Positions 10,534-20,456 of a DNA stretch of 64,000 nucleotides are shown one piece after another (position 1 is the stretch's first letter; each line of letters begins with the position of its first letter). The position numbers and the translations under genes were made by a program. Below the pieces are notes generated by a model. The model made no database searches and was not told the DNA's origin. It saw only the letters and a list, made by a program, of their open reading frames with translations. Source of the DNA: an uncultured Spirochaetota bacterium. Its GTDB lineage: Bacteria > Spirochaetota > Spirochaetia > SZUA-6 > Fen-1364. The stretch is taken from positions 1,504,001-1,568,000 of the forward strand of contig CAWGAA010000001.1 of NCBI GenBank assembly GCA_963820525.1, given 5' to 3'.

Positions 10534-11337
10534 ATGAAAAAGGCAGCCCATACCGTCATCAGGTATCCCCGATCCCGGTTGGCCACGCTCGATCTGGGAA
10601 GGATTGCGCTGGGCAAGCATCACATCTGCGGCCTTCTGGAAGTGGACGTAACCAAGGCCCGCCAGGAGGTGAGGAGGCTCCGGACGGAGGGCAAGAAGGT
10701 TTCCTTTCTCGCGTGGATGATCAAGGCGATCGGCTGCTCGCTCTCGAACAACAGGCAGGCCCATGCCATCGCGGCACGGAGACGGCGGCTCGTGCTCTTC
10801 GACGACGTGGACGTCGCGCTGCCTGTTGAGCGCGAGGTCGAAGGCTCCCGGGTGCCCCTGGCCCTCCTCATCAAGAAAACGAACGAGAAGTCGGTTGAAG
10901 ACATCGATGCGGAGCTGGAACGCGCTATCCGAAAACCGATCTCCACGGAGCGTGACTATATGCTCCACGGGCATGCCCTCTCCCGCCTGGCGCTCACGAT
11001 CTACTACTCGCTTCCCCGCGCGATCAGGGTCGCCCTTTTTCGCCTGGTCCTGTTCAGAAACCCGTTCGTGACGAAAGAGATGCTGGGCACGGTCATTGTC
11101 ACAACGGTCGGCACCGCGGGAAGACTGCCGGGCTGGATCATTCCGAAGGCCATGCACAACCTTTGCATCGCCCTCGGCTCCATCGTGAAAAAGCCGTGGG
11201 TGGTCAGGAACGAGATCGCGATCAGGGACATTCTCCACATGACCGTCGTGCTGGATCATGATGTGATCGACGGGATTCCTGCCCGAAGGTTCGTCGACGA
11301 CCTTGTCAACCGAATCGAGAAAGGCCGCCTCGAATGA
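10534..11337 (+). CDS. Stand-alone 2-oxoacid dehydrogenase E2-like acyltransferase catalytic domain
   Basis: DHDVIDG (HxxxDG) motif; no lipoyl domain. Confidence 0.8.
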   Translation: MKKAAHTVIRYPRSRLATLDLGRIALGKHHICGLLEVDVTKARQEVRRLRTEGKKVSFLAWMIKAIGCSLSNNRQAHAIAARRRRLVLFDDVDVALPVEREVEGSRVPLALLIKKTNEKSVEDIDAELERAIRKPISTERDYMLHGHALSRLALTIYYSLPRAIRVALFRLVLFRNPFVTKEMLGTVIVTTVGTAGRLPGWIIPKAMHNLCIALGSIVKKPWVVRNEIAIRDILHMTVVLDHDVIDGIPARRFVDDLVNRIEKGRLE

Positions 11338-12326
11338 CGATGCAGGGCAGTGAAACACCGGCGCCGACGCGCATCCCGGTATCGGAGGAGCGCGCGGGCC
11401 TCAGGGCGGAGGAGTTCCTGGCCCTGGAGCTTCCCCATCTCTCACGCGCGCGCATCAGGCAGAAGATCATGACGGGCGAGTCGCTTCTCAACGGAGGCCG
11501 CTACGCCACTTCCGCGAGATTAAAAGCTGGGGATGAGATTACGGTTTTCTGGCGGGCAAAACCGAAAGATGTGCCCGCCCCGCCCCTTCCCGTCCTTTTT
11601 GAAGACGAGCATATCCTGGCCGTGGACAAACCGGCTGGGATTTGCGTGCACCCCGCGGGCAGGATCCAGTCCGGCACCCTGATCCAGTTCGTCCGGCAGC
11701 GGCACGCACCGGAAGTGGCCGAAAGCCTGGCCAAAGGAGACTCGCGCTTCTATCCCCGCCTCATCCACCGGCTCGACAGGTTCACGAGCGGCATCGTCCT
11801 GGTTGCCAAGCACACGGAGGCGCTGGAGCGGATGCGCGCCCTTGCCGCCGGGGGCGGAATGAGAAAGAGATACACGGCGGTCGTGGAGGGCACAGTGGAG
11901 CCCAGGGAAGGCAGGCTTGAGATGTCGCTCGCCCGGGCGGAGGGAAGCAAGGTGGAAATCAGGATGGAGGTAAGTGCGGACGGGCTTCCCTGCGTCACGG
12001 AGTACCGCGTCCTTCGCCGGCTCGCCGGCCATACCCTTCTCCATGCCTTTCCCCTCACCGGCCGGCAGCACCAGATCCGCGTCCACTTCGCCGCCCTGGG
12101 GCATCCGGTCTGGGGAGACCTCATCTACAAGGACGAGCGGCTGTTCCTCCGGTACTGGAAGAACGGCTGCGTCCTTGACGATTCGCTTCCCCCGCGTCAC
12201 CTCCTGCACGCCGATTGTGTTTCATTCACTCACCCCTTTGCGGGCAAGGAGGTCGAGATCTCGTCGAACCTGCCGGAAGATTTCACGAGAATCCTCGAAG
12301 GCTTGGAGCAGCAGGCGCCCAACTGA
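11334..12326 (+). CDS. RluA/RluD family pseudouridine synthase
   Basis: S4-like N-terminus, DKPAG, HRLDRFTSG and TGRQHQIRVH. Confidence 0.92.
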   Translation: MTMQGSETPAPTRIPVSEERAGLRAEEFLALELPHLSRARIRQKIMTGESLLNGGRYATSARLKAGDEITVFWRAKPKDVPAPPLPVLFEDEHILAVDKPAGICVHPAGRIQSGTLIQFVRQRHAPEVAESLAKGDSRFYPRLIHRLDRFTSGIVLVAKHTEALERMRALAAGGGMRKRYTAVVEGTVEPREGRLEMSLARAEGSKVEIRMEVSADGLPCVTEYRVLRRLAGHTLLHAFPLTGRQHQIRVHFAALGHPVWGDLIYKDERLFLRYWKNGCVLDDSLPPRHLLHADCVSFTHPFAGKEVEISSNLPEDFTRILEGLEQQAPN

Positions 12327-12347
12327 AGTCTTTTGCCTTTATAGCCA

Positions 12348-12386
12348 TGTAAACAATACTTGACATTATGTAAAGTTTAGTATACT
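12348..12386 (+). promoter_or_regulatory. Promoter and tandem operator-like imperfect palindromes upstream of the XRE regulator
   Basis: TGTAAACAATACTTGACA and TGTAAAGTTTAGTATACT overlap a TTGACA box. Confidence 0.5.
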
Positions 12387-12398
12387 TTGCAACTTGTC

Positions 12399-12635
12399 AT
12401 GAAGAAGCCGCAGAATAGGGAGCTCCGCGTCGCCAACAAGTTACGCGAAATGAGGTTCCACAATGGCGAGATGACCCAGGAAGAGCTGGCTTCCAAACTC
12501 GACGTCTCCAGGCAGACGGTGATCGCAATAGAAAATGGAAGGTTCAACCCGTCGATCATGCTCGCCTTGAAGGCGGCGCGTTTCTTCGGCTGTCGCGTCG
12601 AAGACATTTTCACGCTCGCGGAGGTGGAGAAATGA
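12399..12635 (+). CDS. XRE-family HTH transcriptional regulator
   Basis: TQEELA..VSRQTVIAIENGRFNPS motif. Confidence 0.9.
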   Translation: MKKPQNRELRVANKLREMRFHNGEMTQEELASKLDVSRQTVIAIENGRFNPSIMLALKAARFFGCRVEDIFTLAEVEK

Positions 12636-12994
12636 CTATCCGTTTCATCTACGAAGGAGCCGTTGGAGCGCTCACCCTGATCATGATCGCCGTTTTCGGG
12701 GCTCAAGGCGGGGCGGTCATCGCGCTCTACGCTTTGCTGCCAATCATTATGAAGTTCGTTAAAACGCGGAAACCCGATGAGAGGGAGCTGCAGCTCTTCT
12801 ATATAACGGGCAATTACAGCATGGGCATTACTTTCGTGATTCTTGTTGCCGTATATTTCCTTGCCCGGCTGCCGGCGTTTTCAGCCCTCGTGAGCACGAA
12901 CTGGCTTTCCATCAGCGTGTCGGCAATCCTGCTTGCCCACTCAGTGATCGGGCTTGTCACCTTCAGGAAAGATCAGGCCGAGAGCGAAGCCTGA
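12632..12994 (+). CDS. Small membrane protein co-transcribed with the XRE regulator
   Basis: Four hydrophobic segments, DERE motif; ATGA overlap. Confidence 0.75.
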   Translation: MTIRFIYEGAVGALTLIMIAVFGAQGGAVIALYALLPIIMKFVKTRKPDERELQLFYITGNYSMGITFVILVAVYFLARLPAFSALVSTNWLSISVSAILLAHSVIGLVTFRKDQAESEA

Positions 12995-13138
12995 TCGGGA
13001 TGTGAAGGCGGATCGGGCGAGCGCTGGTTTGGCTCGAGCCGCGCTCGCCGGCTCACCGTATTTCAACTGAATCCCCGCGCTCAGATTGCGCGATCCGGCC
13101 GAGAAGCGCGTCGGTGCCCGCAGCGGGCGGGGCGTGTA

Positions 13139-13694
13139 GTGGAAAGACAGACCCTCGCCATCGACTCGGTGAGCGGGGCAACCGTTTCCAGCAAGGCCAT
13201 CCTCAAGGCAGGCGAGAAAGCGCTGGAAAGCGCGGGAATATGCGGGATGGATCGGGGAAGACCTGTCCGCCCCCGCCCTCGACTTCAAGCAGGCGAAAGC
13301 CGAGGACATCGAGGAGGCGGCGACAATCGTTCTTGGCTCGTCAGTGAAAATGGCCCGGCTCACTCTTTCGCCCTGGATCACGGCGAACTGGAATCTCTTG
13401 ATGAAGAAACGGCTCATCCTTTTCTCAGTGTCGGGCACGCCGCCCCAGGAGGAAAAGGCGCTTCGCGGAATCCTCGCCAACAGCCTTACGCCGGAGAAGC
13501 TCCAGCGCATGGAGTATTTCCCCCTGCACGGGAGGCTCCGAATGTCCTCGCTGCCGTTTTTCATGCGGATCCTTATGAAGGCGATGTCGAAAAAAAGTCA
13601 GAAGCAGGGCACGGAAGATAGGCGCATGGCCGAGTTCGACGGAGTCAAACGGCAAAACATTGAACCCGTGGTGCGGGCGGTGGGAGCTGCTTAA
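13139..13694 (+). pseudogene. Fused remnants: FMN-binding domain C-terminus plus N-terminally truncated, frameshifted flavodoxin domain protein
   Basis: IDSVSGATVSSKAILKA followed directly by YAGWIGEDL...IVLGSSVKM...ILFSV spread over different frames. Confidence 0.6.
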
Positions 13695-13766
13695 GCCGCG
13701 GGAGCGGCAGAGGGGACGGCGGCGCCGAAGTTGTGGCGCCCCACTTTTCACCCCCGCGCCCGCCCC

Positions 13767-14504
13767 TCACTCCTGCTTCATGGGAAGCCCGGCGAGCTTC
13801 TGCAGGGTGCGCATCAGGGCGGTGCGCACCTCTTCGCTTCCCAGGCTCCTGTTGGAGTCGTGGAAGAGCTGAGTGAAGCTGAAAAGATCATTCTCCAATG
13901 CCTTGAGGCTTCCTACCATGATGGGAACCAGGTCAGCGAGGAAGCGGGAAAGCTCCTGCTCGCGAAGAGTCTCGCGAGCCTTGGCAAGCACGTCCAGAAA
14001 ATGCCCGAGGCAGAAACCGCGGGATGCGCGGAAAACGCCCTGGAACTCGGAATCGCCCTTCCAGAGATAAAGGATCGTGAAGATGTAGCGGTCCAGGTCC
14101 GAGGAGAGCATATCGCAGATGTAGCAGCCGGCCAGAAGCTCCCGCAGGGAGCGGGCCAGGGCATCGAGGCGGTCCGAGGCCGGGTCCTTCGGCCGCCCCT
14201 TTTTCGATTCCTCGGGCTTCACGACGCCTTCCAGCTCAGCCTCCAGTCCGGGCAGCTTCTCCCCGAAGTGAGTATGAACGACCAGGCTGAGGCCCAGCTT
14301 GTTTTCTCCCCGGTAGAGCCTCCTGTAATGATCGGGGCAGAAGCCGATCCTGTTTGTCTGAACGCGAACGCTTGGCTCCATCACCCGCGAGCCCTGGAAG
14401 GACAGGAGGTACGTGTGCTCCACACCGTCGATGAGGGTGCACAACGGGCACTCTCCTCCTTCCTTGTAAGCGTCGTGCACCTTGCTGATCTCGAGCTTCG
14501 CCAT
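13767..14504 (-). CDS. DUF6062-like protein with repeated Cys/His metal-binding motifs
   Basis: ECPLC, GFCPDH, CYIC and GFCLGH. Confidence 0.75.
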   Translation of the reverse strand: MAKLEISKVHDAYKEGGECPLCTLIDGVEHTYLLSFQGSRVMEPSVRVQTNRIGFCPDHYRRLYRGENKLGLSLVVHTHFGEKLPGLEAELEGVVKPEESKKGRPKDPASDRLDALARSLRELLAGCYICDMLSSDLDRYIFTILYLWKGDSEFQGVFRASRGFCLGHFLDVLAKARETLREQELSRFLADLVPIMVGSLKALENDLFSFTQLFHDSNRSLGSEEVRTALMRTLQKLAGLPMKQE

Positions 14505-14595
14505 CCGCTGATTCTACTACGGCGTCCCGCCGACGATCTACCTCGCTATCTTCACGTCCTCTGAAGCCGTCTACGCGCGTGTTTTCAGAAAGTTG

Positions 14596-14641
14596 TTGAC
14601 AAGTGATCCGGAGGGTGCTAATATCATACCGACCGGTCGGT
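14596..14641 (+). promoter_or_regulatory. Promoter and TetR operator
   Basis: TTGACA at 14596; perfect 14 bp palindrome ACCGACCGGTCGGT at 14628-14641 just upstream of tetR. Confidence 0.7.
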
Positions 14642-14657
14642 TTTAGGAAATCTCAGG

Positions 14658-15266
14658 GTGGGCAAGACACAACAAGCGAGAAGCGAAGTCACTCGGACCC
14701 GCATACTGGAAAGCGCCCTCACGCTCTTTGCCCAGAACGGCTATGAGCCTACGGGCGTGGCTGAAATCTGCGAAAGCTGCGGGATCAGCAAAGGCGCCTT
14801 CTATCACCACTTCCCCACCAAGCAGGCGGTCTTTATCGAGCTTTTAGAAGCCTGGCTCGCCGATCTGGAAAGGGAGATGACGGAGGCGGCCGCGGGGGCG
14901 TCAAGCGTCCCGGATGCGCTGCGAAAGATGGCAACCCGCATGCAGGGGATATTGCAGCTCGCCGACGGCCGGGTTTCGATTTTTCTCGAGTTCTGGAACC
15001 AGGCGCGGCTGGACCCCGAGATCTGGCAGCGCACCATCAAGCCATTCCGTCATTATAGAAAGATTTTCGAGCATCTCATCCGCAGGGGCGTTGAGGAGGG
15101 GTCTTTCCGCGATGTCGATCCGGCCCTGACTTCCCTCACCCTGGTCTCCCTTGCCGTCGGTCTTCTGCTCCAGGGAGTCGTGGACGTGAAGGGTGAGAAA
15201 TGGGATGAAGTGACGGGCCAGGCAGTTGAGTTGTTCCTGCAGTCGATACTTCGGAGGGATCTATGA
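14658..15266 (+). CDS. TetR/AcrR family regulator
   Basis: GISKGAFYHHFPTK HTH. Confidence 0.92.
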   Translation: MGKTQQARSEVTRTRILESALTLFAQNGYEPTGVAEICESCGISKGAFYHHFPTKQAVFIELLEAWLADLEREMTEAAAGASSVPDALRKMATRMQGILQLADGRVSIFLEFWNQARLDPEIWQRTIKPFRHYRKIFEHLIRRGVEEGSFRDVDPALTSLTLVSLAVGLLLQGVVDVKGEKWDEVTGQAVELFLQSILRRDL

Positions 15267-17122
15267 CGCTTGTGACGGGCGCGACGGGACACATTGGAAG
15301 CGTGCTTGTGAGAGAGCTTCTCTCGCTGGGTGAGCGGGTCAGGGCTCTCATCCTGCCCGGCGAGGACTGCTCGGGCCTGGAAGACCTCGACATCGAGCGG
15401 GTGGAGGGAAACGTTCTGGACCCCGTGTCCCTCGCCTATGCGATGCGCGGCGTGGACACCGTCTATCACCTTGCGGGCATCATCTCCATCATGCCCGGGA
15501 AAAACGAGGTGATGCGCACGGTGAACGTCGACGGCACGGTCAACGTGGCGCGCGCCGCGCGGGAGGCGGGAGTCCGCCGGATGGTCTACACCAGCTCCAT
15601 CCACGCCCTGGGAAGGCCCCCGCACGGGACGCTCATCGACGAAAGCATCGGATTCGATCCCGGCAATCCGGCAGGTGAGTACGACCGAACGAAAGCGGAG
15701 GCCTCCATTGCTCTCCTGAAGGAAGTGGAGAGCGGCCTCGACGCGGTTCTCGTCTGCCCGACGGGGGTCATCGGTCCCTATGATTTCAGGAGGTCCGAGA
15801 TGGGCCACCTGATCCGCTCCTGGATGAAAAACCGGCCCCACGTGTTCGTCGACGGATGGTTCGACTGGGTGGACGCGCGCGATATCGCCCGCGGCCTCAT
15901 TCTCGCCCGTCGAAACGGAAAAAAGGGTGAAGCCTACATCCTGGGCGGACAGCGCGTTCACCTGGCCGAGCTCCTCGGCATGGTGCAGTCGGAGTGCGGC
16001 ATGCGCGCGCCCGCGGCGCGCATCCCCACCGGGCTCGCACTGTTTTTCGCCCCCCTTGCGGCTCTGTTCTCCCGGTTGACGGGATCCAAGCCCCAATTCA
16101 CCACATACTCCCTCGAAACCGTGCGCAGCAACTCGGTGATCAGCTTCGAGAAGGCGCGCCGCGAGCTCGGCTACTCGCCGCGCCCGTTTGCCGAGACCCT
16201 GCGCGACACCGTGATGTGGTGGCGCTGCCACGAGCGCGCGCAGGCCGCAACAGCTCGCGCGCTTTCCCGTCCCGCGGCCGCAGAAGATCCGGTGGGGCCG
16301 AGCGCGCCCGTCTTCCAGGAATTGGTGGCCGTTGTCACGGGCGCGTCAGGCGGCATTGGCGCGGCCACGGCCGTGGAGTTGGCCGCCAAGGGATACACGG
16401 TCGTTCTGGCGGCGCGCCGCCGGGATCGGCTCGAGGCCCTCGCCCGGGAAATCGAACGCTCGGGAGGAAAAGCCGATGTGGTCCAGGTGGATCTCGCCTC
16501 CGACGATGGTCCGCAGGTCCTGCACCGCCACGTCACTGAAAAGCACGGCGGCGCAGACGTCCTGGTCAACAACGCGGGCTTCGGCTGGTACGGATTCGCC
16601 GAGGAGATGCCGGCGCAGGTTGCGCGGGAAATGATCCAGGTGAACAATTCGGCGCTCGTCCAGCTCACCCTGCTGTTCCTCCCCGAGATGAAGCGGCGGA
16701 GGCGGGGCCATATCATCAATGTAAGCTCGGTGGCAGGCAGCATCCCCAGTCAGGGAGTCGCCGTGTACGCCGCCACGAAAAGCTTCGTCGATTCGCTCAC
16801 CACTGCCCTGTACCGGGAGCTTGGCGGGTCGGGAGTGCGCGTGAGCGCGGTCCGCCCGGGTCCTGTCACGACGGGCTTCTTCAGCACGGCCGCTTCCCTG
16901 CCCTTGGGGCGCGCAATTCCCGCCGAACGTTTCGCCGTTCCTCCGCAGGCGGTGGCAAGAAGAATCAGCGCCCTTCTCGGCCGCCCGCGGCGCGTTACCT
17001 ATGTTCCCCGCGGGCTGGGAATCATCCCCTGGATAGAGGCAAGCTTCGGGTGGCTGTTCGACCTTCTGGGGCCGATCCTCCTGAGGCGACAGTCCCTCGC
17101 CGGAGCGCGCATTCCGCGATAA
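15263..17122 (+). CDS. Fusion of an extended SDR (dihydroflavonol reductase/HpnA-like) and a classical SDR
   Basis: TGATGHIG...YDRTK in the N-half; TGASGGIG, NNAG and YAATK in the C-half. Confidence 0.88.
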   Translation: MTLVTGATGHIGSVLVRELLSLGERVRALILPGEDCSGLEDLDIERVEGNVLDPVSLAYAMRGVDTVYHLAGIISIMPGKNEVMRTVNVDGTVNVARAAREAGVRRMVYTSSIHALGRPPHGTLIDESIGFDPGNPAGEYDRTKAEASIALLKEVESGLDAVLVCPTGVIGPYDFRRSEMGHLIRSWMKNRPHVFVDGWFDWVDARDIARGLILARRNGKKGEAYILGGQRVHLAELLGMVQSECGMRAPAARIPTGLALFFAPLAALFSRLTGSKPQFTTYSLETVRSNSVISFEKARRELGYSPRPFAETLRDTVMWWRCHERAQAATARALSRPAAAEDPVGPSAPVFQELVAVVTGASGGIGAATAVELAAKGYTVVLAARRRDRLEALAREIERSGGKADVVQVDLASDDGPQVLHRHVTEKHGGADVLVNNAGFGWYGFAEEMPAQVAREMIQVNNSALVQLTLLFLPEMKRRRRGHIINVSSVAGSIPSQGVAVYAATKSFVDSLTTALYRELGGSGVRVSAVRPGPVTTGFFSTAASLPLGRAIPAERFAVPPQAVARRISALLGRPRRVTYVPRGLGIIPWIEASFGWLFDLLGPILLRRQSLAGARIPR

Positions 17123-17305
17123 TCGGCGCAAAGCCGCGCTATCCCTCCTTAAAAAAAATGGCGACGTACGCTTCCGCGCTCTCGCGCCGGCTGCCTGGCA
17201 GGACGAAACGCTCCATTGCAGGCACGCCTATTACCCCTTGATCCGCGCTCCCTCTTATGGTATAGAATGGCGTTTTTTTTCGCCAAAATCTGGAAGGAGG
17301 AAACG

Positions 17306-18079
17306 ATGAACAGCGGATCTATCGTCTCCAGTGATGGGGCGCGCATCGCCTACGATGTGACGGGCAAAGGGCCGGCATTGATGCTTCTCCACGGCGCAGG
17401 AAAGACAAGGCGGGACTGGCACTCCCTCGGGTATGTCGATCGGCTGAAGGACGACTTCACGGTCATCACGGTGGACATCCGGGGAATGGGAGAAAGCGGC
17501 TTTTTGACTGAAAAGGCGGACTACGAGATCGGCAGGATCTGCGACGACATCTCGGCTGTCGCCGATGCATGCTCGGCAGAGCGCTTCTCGATCTGGGGGT
17601 ACAGCTTCGGCGGCGGAATCGCACGCTATGCTGCTTCATGCCTTGATTGCGTCACCGCGCTTGCGCTGGTCGGCGTGCCGCTGGGCCCTTCCGTGGATCT
17701 GGAGCTGCAAGGGTTCATCGACGGCTTTCTGAAGAAATGGGGGCCTGTCGCGGCGGCGTACAAAGAGGACACGCTCAGCGAGGAAGAGCGCGCGTCGGCC
17801 GCCAGGGGATCCATTCCCGTCTGGGTTGCGTTCTTTCAAGCGATGCGGGATTGGCCGGACATCGGGCCGCGGGATATTCGATGTCCGACGATTCTTGCAG
17901 TCGGGTCGAAAGACCCGGGGCCGCTCGATTGGGTGATGAAGAACCGTACAACCCTTGACGAAACGGGGATTTGCGTGCAAATCATCGAAGGGCTGAGCCA
18001 CCAACAGGAGTTCGAGGAAATGGAGAAGGTTCTTTCCATAATACTCCCATTCTTGAAGGGCAAGGCAGGAGAGAAGTAG
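17306..18079 (+). CDS. Alpha/beta hydrolase
   Basis: LLHG, DIRGMG and GYSFG nucleophile motif; RBS AGGAGG. Confidence 0.88.
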   Translation: MNSGSIVSSDGARIAYDVTGKGPALMLLHGAGKTRRDWHSLGYVDRLKDDFTVITVDIRGMGESGFLTEKADYEIGRICDDISAVADACSAERFSIWGYSFGGGIARYAASCLDCVTALALVGVPLGPSVDLELQGFIDGFLKKWGPVAAAYKEDTLSEEERASAARGSIPVWVAFFQAMRDWPDIGPRDIRCPTILAVGSKDPGPLDWVMKNRTTLDETGICVQIIEGLSHQQEFEEMEKVLSIILPFLKGKAGEK

Positions 18080-18168
18080 CGCCCATGAGCGCGACCGGGG
18101 TCGGACGCGTTTCGGTGTTTGCTGAGGGATGGTTCTGGCAGCCCGCGGCCTGAAAACCTGGAGGCGTC

Positions 18169-18390
18169 ATGGTGACGATAGCAGCGTCGTTTGGATCGAT
18201 CAGGACCTGGGCTCTCTCGGATATCGACTCGCTGGCGAAATATGCGAACAACAGGAAAGTCTCGATCAACCTTCGGGACGGCTTCCCCTACCCCTACACC
18301 GCGGAGGACGCGAGATCTTTCATCACCTTCGCCCTGGCAAAGAACCCCATGGACCAGCTCCTCTATGCGAGGATAGCGACCCTCCCTTGA
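18169..18390 (+). pseudogene. RimJ/RimL GNAT acetyltransferase remnant with internal deletion
   Basis: ANNRKVSINLRDGFPYPYT N-terminus joined directly to a C-terminal-like DQLLYA; only 73 aa. Confidence 0.6.
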
Positions 18391-18415
18391 TGATCCTGTC
18401 CGCGGGAGGCGTGCG

Positions 18416-19390
18416 CTACTTCCGCCTGGCCGCTTTGCCGCCCGCCCGACGCTTCGAGCCTGCCTTCGGCTTTGCTGTTTTTTTTGCGGCGGGCTTCGCC
18501 TTGACGGCTGGCTTTGCCTTCGGCTTCGAGGCCTTTTTCACCGCTGATTTTGCCTTGGCGGGCTTTGCCGTGGGTCGGGCTGTTTTTCTAGAGGCCGGAC
18601 GGGCCGATTTCTTGGCGCTGGGGCGCACGGCTCTCTTCAAGGAAGCGGAGCCTGCCTTCAACGAAGCGGAGCCTGCCTTCAGCGCGGCGCGCACGATCCG
18701 CGGAACCGCCTGAGCGGCTTTCAGCCTGTCAACCTGCTTCTCCAGTGACGTCGCGTAGTCCTCGAGGTACTCCAGGACATGGAAGATGTCTTCCATGGCG
18801 CTGTTGTACAGCGCGCGGGCCTTTGCGGGATCCGTCTTGGAAAAGGCGCGAAGGTCATAGTATGCCACGATGGTGTCGTCCTCGCCCGCCACGATGTCGG
18901 CGAGGCGGCTCTTGTGCCGGAGCAGCGCGGCGCCGCCGAACGTAGAACCCGAACGGTACAGCAGATCGCGGCGCGTGGCGTTATATGCCGATCCCTGGAC
19001 CACCTCGCACACCGTCGTGGCCCTCTCTCCCTTGCGCAGGATCGGCTCCCCTTTTCTGAAACGGCGCGTCGGCGCGGAAGGCAGGGGCCGTGGCTTCGGC
19101 GCGAGATCCGCCTGCGAAACCGAAATCCCCTGGGCCCCAGGTGCGCCCCCCAGCCTGTCGTACTGCCCCGAGATCTTCGAAATGTCGGGGCTGGTCAGGG
19201 GATGAAACCTCCCAAACAGCGAGTCGTGTTTGATGTAGGCCTGGTTCTTGGCGATCTTCCACGCCTCGAGGTCGATGTCGGCTTCGGTCGCCCCCATGAT
19301 GTTTTCCCTCACCGGGAAGTCCGAGGTGAAAGCACACCCCGGCGCCGTGCATCTGATCCGGAAGACCACTTCCTTTAGCTTGAACGACAT
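18416..19390 (-). CDS. Cyclic-nucleotide-binding domain protein with N-terminal Cys/His motif and Lys/Ala/Pro-rich histone H1-like tail
   Basis: FRKGEPILRKGE...GSTFGGAAL...RLADIVA cNMP fold; CTAPGC..H..H; KKAAKP-type tail; RBS GGAGG. Confidence 0.75.
   Translation of the reverse strand: MSFKLKEVVFRIRCTAPGCAFTSDFPVRENIMGATEADIDLEAWKIAKNQAYIKHDSLFGRFHPLTSPDISKISGQYDRLGGAPGAQGISVSQADLAPKPRPLPSAPTRRFRKGEPILRKGERATTVCEVVQGSAYNATRRDLLYRSGSTFGGAALLRHKSRLADIVAGEDDTIVAYYDLRAFSKTDPAKARALYNSAMEDIFHVLEYLEDYATSLEKQVDRLKAAQAVPRIVRAALKAGSASLKAGSASLKRAVRPSAKKSARPASRKTARPTAKPAKAKSAVKKASKPKAKPAVKAKPAAKKTAKPKAGSKRRAGGKAARRK
18635..18681. repeat. 21 bp in-frame tandem duplication (LKAGSAS x2)
   Basis: CTTCAA(G/C)GAAGCGGAGCCTGC repeated twice plus a partial third copy. 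Confidence 0.85.
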
Positions 19391-19528
19391 TCACGCCTCC
19401 TTTTTTTCGCCCCTCTTTGGTCGCGGGAGGACTTTCACCCGATCCCGCTCGCTTTCAGTATAGCATATCAGGCGACCGACGAGGTAGATGATGGCGCCGG
19501 ATCTCGAGCCGCCGACGCCCTGGCCTCG

Positions 19529-20455
19529 TCACCTCAGGGTGCGTTCGAAGAAAGCCACGATTCTCTCGCTCACCTCCCTGCGGGAAGGCACGGGGCACTC
19601 CAGCAGCCCGGAGGGCACCAGGGCATGGCCGGCGTTCCTCACCAGGATGAGCTCCGCTGAAACTCCCGCTTCCCTGAGCTTGGAGTAGAGCAGCTCGGAT
19701 TGCTCCGGCGGGACGAGCTCGTCGTGGTCTCCCTGGATGAGGAGAAAGGGCGGCGCCGATCCCGATACCCGGAGGGCGGGGCTGCCGTGGATAAGGACGG
19801 AAGATCCCGGATCGTCATCGCCGAACACGCACCGGGCCACCCAGCCCAGCCTCCCCCGAAACAGGGCCGGGAGATCGGTCGGCCCGAACATGTCCACGAC
19901 GCCCTTCACGGGAGGGGGCTCGCCCGGGCACCACGAGCGCCAGTCCTCATCGCCCGCCAGGGCGAAAAGGGAGACGATGTGGCCCCCCGCGCTGGTGCCG
20001 AAAAGCCCGATGGACAGGGGGTCCAGGCCCAGGCCTTCCGAGTTCGCGCGAAGGTAGGCGATCGCGGCGCAAAGATCATGGAGGGGCGCGGGGAAACGAT
20101 ACCGGGGGGCCAGTCGATAGTCGATCGATGCGACCACGAATCCGCGCCGGGCCAAAAGATGCAATTCGCCGACTCCCACCCCCCAGGACCTGGCCCCCGC
20201 GAACCAGGCGCCTCCATGCACGTGGATTATGACAGGCGCCGGCCTCGCCGAGACGCCCTCCGCGACTGCTCCCTCACCAGCCCCGGCGGGAGGAAGGTAG
20301 ATGTCCATGAGAAGCGGCCTGCCGTCCTCCCTCGCGTACTCCACTGTCCGCTTTTCGATGCCTTGCCGAGGCACGGTGACGCACCCGAAGGCGGCCAGGA
20401 CGGAGCCGAGGAGCAAAAGCCGCGCCGCGGCGCCGACTGCTCTTGGAAATGCCAT
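19529..20455 (-). CDS. Alpha/beta hydrolase (HSL-like esterase), probable lipoprotein
   Basis: HGGAW, DYRLAP and GTSAGG; lipobox AAFGC. Confidence 0.88.
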   Translation of the reverse strand: MAFPRAVGAAARLLLLGSVLAAFGCVTVPRQGIEKRTVEYAREDGRPLLMDIYLPPAGAGEGAVAEGVSARPAPVIIHVHGGAWFAGARSWGVGVGELHLLARRGFVVASIDYRLAPRYRFPAPLHDLCAAIAYLRANSEGLGLDPLSIGLFGTSAGGHIVSLFALAGDEDWRSWCPGEPPPVKGVVDMFGPTDLPALFRGRLGWVARCVFGDDDPGSSVLIHGSPALRVSGSAPPFLLIQGDHDELVPPEQSELLYSKLREAGVSAELILVRNAGHALVPSGLLECPVPSRREVSERIVAFFERTLR

Positions 20456-20456
20456 C

